Shown in pieces: positions 23,499 to 33,568 of a stretch of DNA of 36,234 bases (positions are counted from its first letter, which is position 1; each line of letters starts with the position of its first letter). The position numbers and the translations under genes are program-made. Source of the DNA: Spirogloea muscicola (taxonomy: Eukaryota); the NCBI GenBank assembly GCA_009602725.1, contig WELB01000008.1, forward strand, positions 489,300 to 525,533, read 5' to 3'. The notes under the pieces were generated by a model. It was not told the DNA's origin and did not search any database. It saw nothing but the letters and a program-made list of their open reading frames with translations.

Positions 23499-24012
23499 CC
23501 CCCGACGCGTCGGGATAGCTAAGAAAGGCAGGGGAAGGCAGGCCACGCCCTGATGACCCCTCCCCCGCCGGCGGGGAAAGGCTGGGAAAGGCTTGCCGAG
23601 GCCCAACACCCCCCCGTCTTCCCGCCTTCCTCGCTCTTGCAACTGCAGGCCCTCCATGGCAGCCCCCCGCCGCCGGCGGTGACAAGCGCCCGGCCCCCCC
23701 CCTCACCGCCTCGCCTAGTCCGCCGCCTCTCTCCATCCGCCCCCATCGCTTCTCTGGCCTGCGCCTCCGCCGCGTCGCAGGGCCGCCCCGGTGGCGTCGG
23801 CGCGCATCACTGCCGTCGCAGGCGCTCCCCGTGGGGCCGCTTGCAAACCATACGGCAAGGCGGCGTGCTACGCAAGGGATTCTTGCCAAGGAGCCGACGT
23901 GACAGACGCTGGTGTCGCGGGCCCGGCTCGTGCGCCTGCTTGCTCGGCCTCCCACTTGAAGCGCAAACTCCATAAGTGAGACCGCAGGCCCTGCGTTACT
24001 GAGGTGGCGCAG

Positions 24013-24905
24013 ATGGCAGACGACGATGACTGCCGGTGGGTGCAGCTCCCCGCTATCCTTCACGTCCCCGGCCTCTCCTTGCTTGTCCAAGCACTCCGTG
24101 CGCGCTTCGACCTGACTCATCTCGCGACTAAGGCGTGTGCGTAAGGACAAGCCCAGTGCAGATTAAGAGACGACAACTCGTCCATGTTTCGCAAGGTTTC
24201 CTCTCATGACGGTCTGGGGCACGACGACCACATATTGCTAGACCCCTGGTCAAAGTGCCGGAGTCAGTGTAGATTGGCTGCTTCCAGCGACTGTGCACAT
24301 TGGCGGCTTTCGGCGGCACTGCTGTCCTTGGCTGGCACTGCCGCCAGTGCAGCGTCTGAGCTTCGACACCCTCGCGCCCTCTGTCCCTTTCCCTTGCGGC
24401 CTCCCTCCCTCCTCCTTCTGCAAACCCATCTGCTTGCCGTTCTTTCTATATCTTGCCCTCAAGTGCTTCCTCTCTCCCTCCCTGTGATCCCTTCTTGAGT
24501 GCTTCGCTCCTTCTCGCTCATTCTTGCAAGTGAGCAAATTGTGCAGGCCGCTGGGCTTCCTCATCGGCCTTCCATTCATGCTCATTGGCGTGCTGCTGTC
24601 CATCATTGGCATGGTCATTTGGGTGGTGGGGTGAGCACCGCTGCCCTCAACACCAGCAGCAGTATAACACCAGCAGCACTCCCTAATGTATGGTATTAAA
24701 ACTCCTCTTAGGGACTTGGTCAGAATTTGGCAGCCAATGAAGCCTATACTGACAGAACGTATCTGCTGCTGCTTCCTCCAGGACGTTCATCAGCTGCATA
24801 TGCCCCTGCTGTGTTTGTGTCACGCTGCTCATTGAGCTGGCCATCGCTCTCATTCGAGCCCCGGTGGACATCTTGATCTGGTTCACCTCCACAATCCCCT
24901 GTTAG
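24013..24905 (+). CDS. TAX1: Cysteine-rich signalling peptide TAXIMIN homolog, 76 aa; exons 24013-24035, 24547-24630, 24782-24905
   Basis: Spliced product [76 protein letters not shown] carries the recalled TAXIMIN signatures DCRPLGF, CICPCC and WFTSxIPC. GT-AG introns with matching phases. Confidence 0.92.
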
Positions 24906-25819
24906 ATCCTCAAGAAGCAGCAGCCTCCAAGTTTTGCCAATCTGTCAACGAGCCATGGTTCAAGCGCCACTGCATTGCAGATGACCTCTCCGCCTTGTGA
25001 TAATGGTCACTCTTGAGGTCATCAAGTAGAAAGTGTAGGGGGCTACAACCTAGTCTTCAACCAAGCATAGAGACCAAATTTTTGGTGTATTACCGATGTG
25101 TACATTGCTCAGTTGCTGCCAGGGCCAGTGAACAGGTACTCACAGAATTTTAGCTTCATGCAAACAAGTTCCAGACTCAGGCAACCATACGTGGACTGTC
25201 GGGTCATTTTGGTCATAGGTTGGTCACTTTTGAGCGTCGCATACACATTCAGCACATTAGCTGACTGTACAGTTTTCATAGTTTCAAAGCCGCCGCAGTT
25301 GCTACCATCAGTGCAGCAGACCTGCAGCATTTTGGCCTGGCTAGGTCGCCAGCCCCCCGCTTATGACGTAAAACACGTTCGCTGTAACGAGTGCTACTGG
25401 TCTAAAGAAAATTTTGCTGCTTGCAAACGTGCAGTTGGCAGGGGCACCGTGTGGTATTATCTTGACAAGTGAGTTGGCATTAAGTTGACTGCATAGATTT
25501 CCTCCGGAGCTTGTATGCGTAGTGCCCATGCACGTACTACCACATCCTTTAGAACCTAATATGGATCTTAACTGCATGCCCAAAATAGGAGGATTGCAAG
25601 TTGCTGAAGTCCAGCCTGGTGGGGAGTTACTAATGTACGTGTGATTTATATAGGGCAACAGCCTGCCAGTAACATGCGGTGACTTGCACAGTATACAGGA
25701 AGCAAATCCTGTGCTGGAGTGATATTCCCCAACATTTCTTATTCTGCAATGACCTCTACTGTACATTTGTTACAAAATTGTCTAGCAGATTACACTCAAT
25801 CTGAATAAAGTAAGTAAAG

Positions 25820-28636
25820 TCATGCTCTGAGGGCTGCAGCGATTGCCTTGATGCTATTCGGCGTGGTTTGGCAGCAGCCTCCGATGAGCGAAGCACCAGC
25901 CTCTCGCCACTCTGGCAAGAATGATACAAATCCATTGTCCAACTCGCCTGTGGGCGCCTGCACAGTGGATAATTTAGCGCTTAAATGTCAGGTGCACGTC
26001 TTATGCAGTCAAATGTCATCAGAGTGGGAAGTTGGTGAAGGCTTTACCGTCCAGTGTTTCGTCTCTCCATTATATGTCTCTCCTTTGTTTGGATATACAA
26101 TCAGAGGTTTGCTTGTGACCTGTACCACAAGCAATAACCACAGGAATTGGTCCACTGGCTTACGGCTGACATGAACGCTACATACATCTTCATCAGGTAA
26201 TCAAGATGACTGTCCAGCTGTAGCGTGTCCCTGAAGCTGCAAATCTCAGACCGTGCAGACAATGCTTGTCGAGGATGAGCTGGCTAACCTTGGTGCTGAG
26301 ACGAAGGAGGTCAGAGATGTACTGGGGGGGTGTGCAGTCGATGCCAACTGCCACCACCTGCTTGCATCGCTCGCCAAGTGCAATGCAGTCTTCAAAAGGA
26401 TCACCCCTCACCACGGTGCTGCCATCCAGTGAGTTGAAGGAGAGCCAAGCTGGTATCTTCCAGCTCTCTCCTTCCTCTAACAACCTCACAAAGGCCTGCA
26501 GAAATGGCTCACCCCTGTAGTCAATAGCAAGATACACCAGATACTCAATTGATGCCCTAGGCCTTGTATGTCACTAAGTTCTGACAGAAGACATGTGTTG
26601 GCTCCCTAAACCTTGTGACCACAGTAAGTAATGAAGAGGTAAGTGCAAGGACACAATCAACATCCATTGACTCACCTCACCTTCTTGGAGGGACGGGATT
26701 GTCTCAATAGCAAGCAGATCAGCCCCAGAGTCTGCAAGGACCTCTACACGTCGCCTGTGGAAGTCCATGAGGACCTCCACAGTCACGTCCGGCCCATAAT
26801 AACCACTGCATCAAGCAGATGGTCGGACTTATAATCAATGCTTTCCATTCTTTACAATGTCATCCAAGTATGGTCAAGGTATGCTCCCAGAGCTTCTGTG
26901 AAGGCAGACAAGGTAAGACAAGACATGCAGTGTCCAAGCAAGGAGAGCAATCGACCACTTCAGATGACAATCCTTCAACAGCCAACCAAACATACTGGCT
27001 ATAGTTCTTCACAGTCTTTTAGCAGACTCCAAGTCTGTAAGCCTCAGCATGATCTGCCCAGGTACCTGTATTCTGAACCATCAGCAAGGTACGCTCCATA
27101 ACTACCCACCGATGCAGCCACTAGCGGCCTAGGCCGAGCAAAGCCATGCCGTAGAGCCGTGCTCGCCTGCTCGCTGCAGAAGAGGTCCCTGGCCTCCATA
27201 GCCAGCCGGACGCTCTTCACCAGTAGCTCTTCTGACTCTTTCTGGCTGAACCCCCGCTGCATAAACCCTTGAATTGTCGCCTGAAAGACGACAACAATCT
27301 TCAAGGGTTTGTGTCGTCTACTTCTGTCTCTACAGTCACTTCCTTCTGTCTCTTTTGTCTACTCACTCACTTGGTTGCTTGTGGGTACAAAGCACCCCTC
27401 CAGCCATGCCAACGCTGTGTATACTTAGCCCTTCTAGCCTAAAAGCTCATGTTCTGGGGCCCGTTCTCTGCACTTCGTCTGCCTTTCTATGACGGTGATT
27501 GGCTCGGCTTGGCCTCCCTTCATGCTCACAGCGTACCTATTCAGTCTACTAAACTCCACACACTAAGGTTGGCAGCCAACGAAATAAATTATTTGCAATC
27601 GCTGCACCAGCCAGCTGAATACGTCATTCACCTGATATGACGCTGAGATGATAATGTCGGCGCCTGCGAGTAGGTAATCCAAATGGACCTGAAAGGCACA
27701 GATTTCAATCCCCTCTCTTGATATGGTCCAGGTGCGCTGCTAAGGGCGGGACGAGCTGGGCCTCTGTATATCAGCTTTTGCATCGGAGCTGAAGGACGGC
27801 AATACGGCCGTCCTTCAATTCATTTCACAATATAACTGCTGTCAAGGGTAGCCAGCTCCCCCAAGTTGCAGCTGACCAGAGCACCTGCCGGACGAGGTCG
27901 CAGAGGTCGTCGTTGAACAGGCACTTGGCACTCCAGAGAGGGTCGATGAGGACAGCGCCCCTGGCCTCAAGCTCGGTGCCCAGACCGCCGTCCACGACGC
28001 CAAAACCGCCATTGCTTTGCAGCAGCTCCTGCAGTACGTTAGTGGCTGGAGTGGTGGGACTCTGGCTCGCGCGGGCCGCAGCTGCAGGGGGACTCCTCGA
28101 TGTCGCCAGCGTCGACTGCGGGGGCCTGCAGGGTGCTGAGCACAGCGTCAAGCCATGGACGCCGCCAGAGCAAGTAGCGGGCACAGCAACCGACGGCCAA
28201 GACGACGTCCCGCCGTTCGCTACTCGCCGTTGGCGTCAGGACGACGTGAGCTCTTCCAAAGGGGCGGGCATCGTGAACGACCAGCCCAGAAAGGATGGAC
28301 AATGGTCCAAAGGGCCGAAAGGCGCCAAAAACACGCAGCTATGCATGAGATGGTGTAGCTCTGCTATTGTGGCGCCGGTTGCGTCCGCAGGCCCTGGCGT
28401 TGCGAAGCCGAGCGTCTCAGACGAGCTCCGCGAGACTGCTCAGCGAGCGGCAGGGGGCGGGGGCCTCACCGGCCAGCACCGAAAGCGGCGGCCGGCCCAT
28501 TGCCCTTGACGGCTGCGGCTTCGCCGCCCGGCTGCCACTGCCGCAGCATGTCGCGCTCGCGGCCTGCGCAAGCCTCCGCCGGCGCCGCGGCGACCGGGGC
28601 CGGCGGCAGGAGGCGCGCCGGCGCGGCGGCCGCCAT
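25820..28636 (-). CDS. HMT: Homocysteine S-methyltransferase; about 8 exons (28636-28470, 28125-27885, 27688-27632, 27280-27066, ~26805-26677, ~26495-26289, ~26120-26049, ~25957-25820); 5' exon tentative
   Basis: VVDGGLGTELE, DPLWSAKCL, VHLDYLLAGADIIISASYQAT, VAASVGSYGAYLADGSEY, FHRRRV, DLLAIETIP, GIDCTPP, IVYPNKGE, IGGCCQTTP. Confidence 0.93.
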
Positions 28637-28914
28637 GGCGGGCCTTGCGGGGCAGAAGTACGCGGCCGTGAAGTGAAGGGGCCCATGGCCATATGACTGC
28701 CGTGAGCTCTTTGATATTGCTCGTCCTTTCCAAGCTCCCCCTTATGAGTGATTCGTGGCTGCTTTGTTTCTGTTTCTTATCGCTTCCCCTGGCCCCCTTC
28801 TCGTACTCTGTTCATTCTTTTTCGGGCTGGTTTTTCCAGCCCCTATTCTCAATGGGCGAGCACTTTCTATGAGTTAGGTTCACTCCAATTTCCCTCTCCA
28901 TGCTTTGTGCATTC

Positions 28915-29030
28915 CAATTTTCTGGCTGGCCTCTCACAGCCATAGCCTTACACTGGACGAAGCTGTTTGCATTACTATGCACTGGCTTCACAGCCACCCC
29001 TGCATATCAGCAGCCGCGTTCTCCTGGATT
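28915..29030 (+). repeat. Copy of the dispersed intergenic repeat also seen at 7168-7330 and 231-275
   Basis: ctggctggcctctcacagccatagcc and ttcacagccacccctgcatatcagcagccgcgttctcctgg. Confidence 0.55.
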
Positions 29031-29138
29031 AAATGTTTATATTTCCACTTGGTGTTGCACTCGGTTGGCCTGCGAGTGCACTAGTACAGGATTCAGGGCT
29101 TCGCAGTCACCTCATCCACACTGCGCCTCGCAGCGGCA

Positions 29139-29172
<34 letters not shown>

Positions 29173-29176
29173 GGGA

Positions 29177-29642
29177 ATGGACTTCGACCGGCGGATGCGG
29201 GTGGCGACGGCGCTGCTCACGGCCGCCGCCGCCGCCGCGCTGCTCGCCTCCGACTTCGGCGGCCGCCAGCACGCCCTCGCGCCGGTGCGAGCAACAACCC
29301 CGTCCGCTGCCCACTTGAACCTTCCATCACTCAATACGCACTCCATCTCTTGCTGCTCGCTGTCCGCAAGGCCCTGGCGCGCTGGAAGTAGCCATGGTGG
29401 TCGCCAGTAGTGTGCTCGTTTGTTGGGTTGTTGAGTTGTTGGGCAATCTTCGCAGAGCTGCGGCGATGGCCACCAGCTGCTGAGCCGCAGCGGTGACCCT
29501 ATTACCGCTGGTATTGCAGCTCCAGAAGTTCCTCTACGACAAGTTCTTCTCGCCGACGGAGCAGGAGCTTGCCGAGGTGCGGCGCCGGCAACAGCGCCTG
29601 GCGCAGCTTCGTGCCGCCAAGGACCGGCCGGAGGCGGCCTAG
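29177..29642 (+). CDS. 76-aa single-pass membrane microprotein of unknown function; exons 29177-29284 and 29520-29642
   Basis: MDFDRRMRVATALLTAAAAAALLASDFGGRQHALAP-LQKFLYDKFFSPTEQELAEVRRRQQRLAQLRAAKDRPEAA*. GC3-rich codons, phase-0 intron GTGCGA...TTGCAG, ATG in the GC island. Confidence 0.75.
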
Positions 29643-29777
29643 CTCACAGCTGACCAGAGGGCCGGCCTTGGGTAGCTGACCCACCCCCAAGGCCTGCTGC
29701 ATGGCCTTAGAGTGCATGCTCATCTGATCGAGGTCAAGCAATGCTTGGCTTGTGAGACTGCAGGTCATCTTGTCAGT

Positions 29778-29820
29778 CTCCGCTAAGATGCTTGCAACTC
29801 CGCTAAGATGCTTGCAACTC
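29778..29820 (+). repeat. Perfect 20-bp tandem duplication
   Basis: cgctaagatgcttgcaactc at 29781-29800 and 29801-29820. Confidence 0.95.
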
Positions 29821-29907
29821 AGCTGATGTGACACAGCTTGCCGTTTGCACAATCAGAGTGGGGGAGGTAAAATAGCCTGCGGCACGCTCCCGCACGCGCT
29901 GCCACTC

Positions 29908-32900
29908 ATGCACGCAGCCGTGCTGCCGGGGCTGGTGACGTGGGCGGCTGCCGAAGTCCCATCACCAGCCCACAGGGCCTTGAGACTGAAGCGTGAGGGT
30001 GGAGCATTCTACTACTTGTCCCCCAGCAACATGCTACTACTTTGCAGGAGCATTTGCTTGCTTGATGCAGTGGAACAACAGGCTAAAACAAAAAAATATA
30101 TCTTAATACTACCTTGGCGTGAACAGGGACTGATTCGCCTGAGAAGAAGGCTGCATCCCTGCAAAGCTGGTTGGCTGGGCTGGGGCATGATGCTTGCAAC
30201 CTGCGCTTGGTCTACTCTACCAGCAAGAAAGGCGGCCCCCTAGGTTTTGCAGGCTACAGTTGCATTGCTGGACCTGGCGGTGTACAAAAGTTGGACGTCA
30301 TTGTTGATGTTCCAAGGGCGGCATTCATGTCCATAGAGGTTGATCCTGAAGCCCTGAGAGTAGATTCCAGCTCCACTTCCTGTCCCACTCCTTGATATAC
30401 GCTATAAGACATACACAGTTTGCTTAACACGCCAATGACAACGTCATGCCAAAGGAAGCCTTGCTTTTGTTTCAAGTTTGGGCTGAGTACAAAAGTACCA
30501 GTAGGGCCCCTGATGCTGCTTTCCCCTTCCATTGGTGGCAGACAGCCAATGCCTGCCCAAGCATCGGGCCTGCGATAAGGCAGGCCAGTCTGTCCTCTTG
30601 GCAAGCCCTCTGCTTCCATCTCCTCTATGAGAGGTCTCTTGGGGATGGTAGCTTCTGGCACCCCTACATTGATGCTCTACCTTGTGAGGAGGAGCTGCAG
30701 CACAATCACCCTCTTATGTGGCCATTGGTAAATTAATCAAGCGCAGGAATGAGAGTCACGTATAATCAATGCTGACCTCTAGCCATGCGTTGTATATTTC
30801 GAATTGTTGAGCTGTGATTTTAAAAGCCAGTCATTGCTTGGCATGTGCATCCAGGACTTGCAAGAAACTCTGCTGCAGGGGACGCAATTGCTTGGCACTC
30901 TACACCGGCGCCTAGTGCAGTGCAAGTAAGAAGTTTCAGCTTTTCGGCTCAGTCTGATTGCTACCACTTATACACACGCCATGACAGATCCCTCTTTTGT
31001 CAATGGTAAAGGTGCCGAGAAAAATCGCTTTTTACTGACTGTAACTGGGTTATTGCAGAGGCGACTGGGATGCAATCAGCAGTGCTGCAGGTTGTGCCAA
31101 CTTGGGTCTCACAGATTCCAACACGTTCTTGACTGAAGAGGGTGTTTGTTGGGCGGCCGCTATTCTCCTGAGCCGCTCATTTTCCCTGTATCTTGGTAAC
31201 TGTGAGGTCCTACTCATATTCCCAAATCACCTCCATCTAGCGTGTAACAATTGGAAAGCTAGCCATCGAGATTCTCAAGAGACCAGCTACTTCACTTTTA
31301 CAGACCCCTTCCCCTTGCTCTTGTGTTGTGCAATTTTGATAAGCTTATAATCGAATGACCTGTCAATACGCTCAATCTGACAGTTGTGAAGACCTTGGCA
31401 CAGAATGTGGGAAGTCACAAAGCACTGTCTACCAGTCTGCTTTGCCTGTCCTCCTGTTGGTCGTCATATGTCAATGCATATGTCTGTTATGCAGGATGAG
31501 GAGACGCTGACCTTGGTGCCATGGGCAGACATGTTGAGCCACAGCAGTGTGGCAGGTCGAGAGTCTTGTCTTACGTATTATGATACGTCAATGTCTGCTA
31601 CATTACGGGCACACACAAGCTACAGAGCCGGGGAGCAGGTCTTTGACTCGTACGGGCCACACCTGAGTGCTGGCCAGCTATTCCTTGACTATGGATTCGC
31701 TTTGTCCAACCATTCAAACACTGCAGTAGACTTCATGGTGATTACTGTTGACACTTTTGCAGTACACTACTTGGACTTCACACACCTGGCAGCATTGTGA
31801 GCATGAGCCAGCATCCAATCAGGCAGAAATCGAATCTTTCCAATTGCATCACCTTTTGCAGAGGTTGTGCCTGCATTCACTTCACTTTCTTGTTGTCCTC
31901 TGGTGCAGGCAGTCGACCTTGGCCCTCCCGCCGCTAAGTCAAACGCCTCACTACTAGCAGCTGCCGGCTTTCCAATTGGTACTCATCCCAAGCTTTAGCA
32001 TGAGTAGTGCATTACTGCAGATTCATCCTTGAGAGTATTCATGCTTGAAATGCTTAATATGTCATATGCTGGTATGCTTGTCACTGCTTCTTCTGTAGGA
32101 GAGATTCTGTCCTTTCTGACTTACTGGGCGTAATATTGGCCAATCCAGAAAGTGCCGTCTTCACGCTGCTGCCTTCTGGAGTTAGCTTGGAGGTGATGGC
32201 CTGGATACGTGCTCTCCTGGCCTCAGAAGCGGAATTGAAGCAATTTGGGTGGGGTCGCGGCCGCTCTGCCACTTCCTGTCTTGCTCGCTGCTCCAGCCGC
32301 CTCAGCTCACAAAACGAGGTCCAAGTACGGCAATCTGAGCCTTGCGGCCATACCTTTGGCACTTGTATCCACACGCTTGCCATTTTTCTTTGCCTACTGT
32401 GATGCTTACTTGCTGGAGTAGCCAATCGCGAAGTAAAGCAATCAACACCTGGTAAGTGCAGCTTTCTTATTCAATGGCATGCTTGGAGGTAGGAGCCGTT
32501 GTTCTTGAAAATTCAGGGGGAGTTAGTAATGCATCTCTGCTGTGCAGGTATTAGAGCGCCTCCTGGGGACATTTGAAAGCAAGCTTGCTAAATACCCTGC
32601 AATACAAAGCCCCAATGGCAAAGCAACCCTGGCTAGCACGGTACTACTTGGCTTAAAGTATGGTAATGGCCTTGCTATCTTGTAGTGCTTTATGCTACAG
32701 GGCCTCGTATTGGGGCTAATGTCTCACCTGGGTTCAGGTTTTCCAAGCAAGATCGACGTCATCACTTGCAGATCTGCTACTGCCTTAATCAACTCTTAAT
32801 TTTTCTTGAACCAACAGGAGTATGCATCAGCACAGCAGCACGCACTGCGCGCAGTCGCTCAGGAGATGGCCACGATCCGCAAGGCCCATCTGGCCCTTCA

Positions 32901-32928
32901 GAGAGCAAGGCGAACTCTCGCCAAATAA
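29908..32928 (+). CDS. Rubisco-LSMT/SETD3-type SET-domain protein; about 10 exons (29908-29992, 30127-30338, 30542-30727, 30855-30925, 31059-31206, 31495-31737, 31909-31978, 32149-32318, ~32548-?, 32818-32928)
   Basis: LQSWL, DVIVDVPRAAFMS, LLYERSLGDGSFWHPYIDALP, HPLMW, WAAAILLSRSF, LVPWADMLSH, YRAGEQVFDSYG, LFLDYGF; LSMT substrate-binding-like C-terminus. Confidence 0.87.
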
Positions 32929-33568
32929 ATATGTTGCAACACGATTTTCAATGTGTGACCGTACTCCATCCGCTTCAAGATATTTTCCCTTGCCAACACC
33001 AGTATCATGCAAGGTGGTAAAAGGGGCTCTAAGCCTACTTACCTACTAATGTCCATGCTAGAGCCAGGTTTGCTACTTTAGCACGCTAAAGTCAGATGGC
33101 CGATTACCTCTAACCTGCAGGAAAGGTGACATGGTACGTAAGTGCTGGCTACAAGCTAACAGCAAGCCTCCATGCAAAAGTCACTGCGCACAGCAGTCCA
33201 ACTCCTAGAATTTGGAGACTTAAGGGCATAGCTGCATCATACCACCTTACAACACCCACGTAGTACAAGAAGAGATGGCAGACCTGCGTTTGATATGTAC
33301 CAAGTGGCATGTTGAGACTAAGGCTGCAAAGCCACTTGCTTTCAGGGTGGTGACAGAGACAGCAAGCGCGAAGCAAAGCACTGCCTGCACAATATGATCA
33401 ATTTGTCGTTGTCTGAGCTTTTTACCCATTCCCACAATTCACGGTTACCTCTATGTACTTACAATTTAATAAGACATTAGATGCAGCCAACAAGCTTGTC
33501 ATGTGTTGCCAGCCAACAGGGAAAGCAGAAAGACACAGCGCACAATCTGTGGTGCAGACACACGCACC

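Noticed and set aside
22566..24150. Long ORFs of 318-522 aa
   Set aside because: They simply read through the 886-N gap.
29778..29820. 20-bp direct repeat as CRISPR-like array or target-site duplication
   Set aside because: Two adjacent copies with no spacer; a simple tandem duplication.
1307..32928. Cluster of plastid-related genes as a functional gene cluster
   Set aside because: Functions are unrelated and plastid-targeted genes are common; no evidence of co-regulation.
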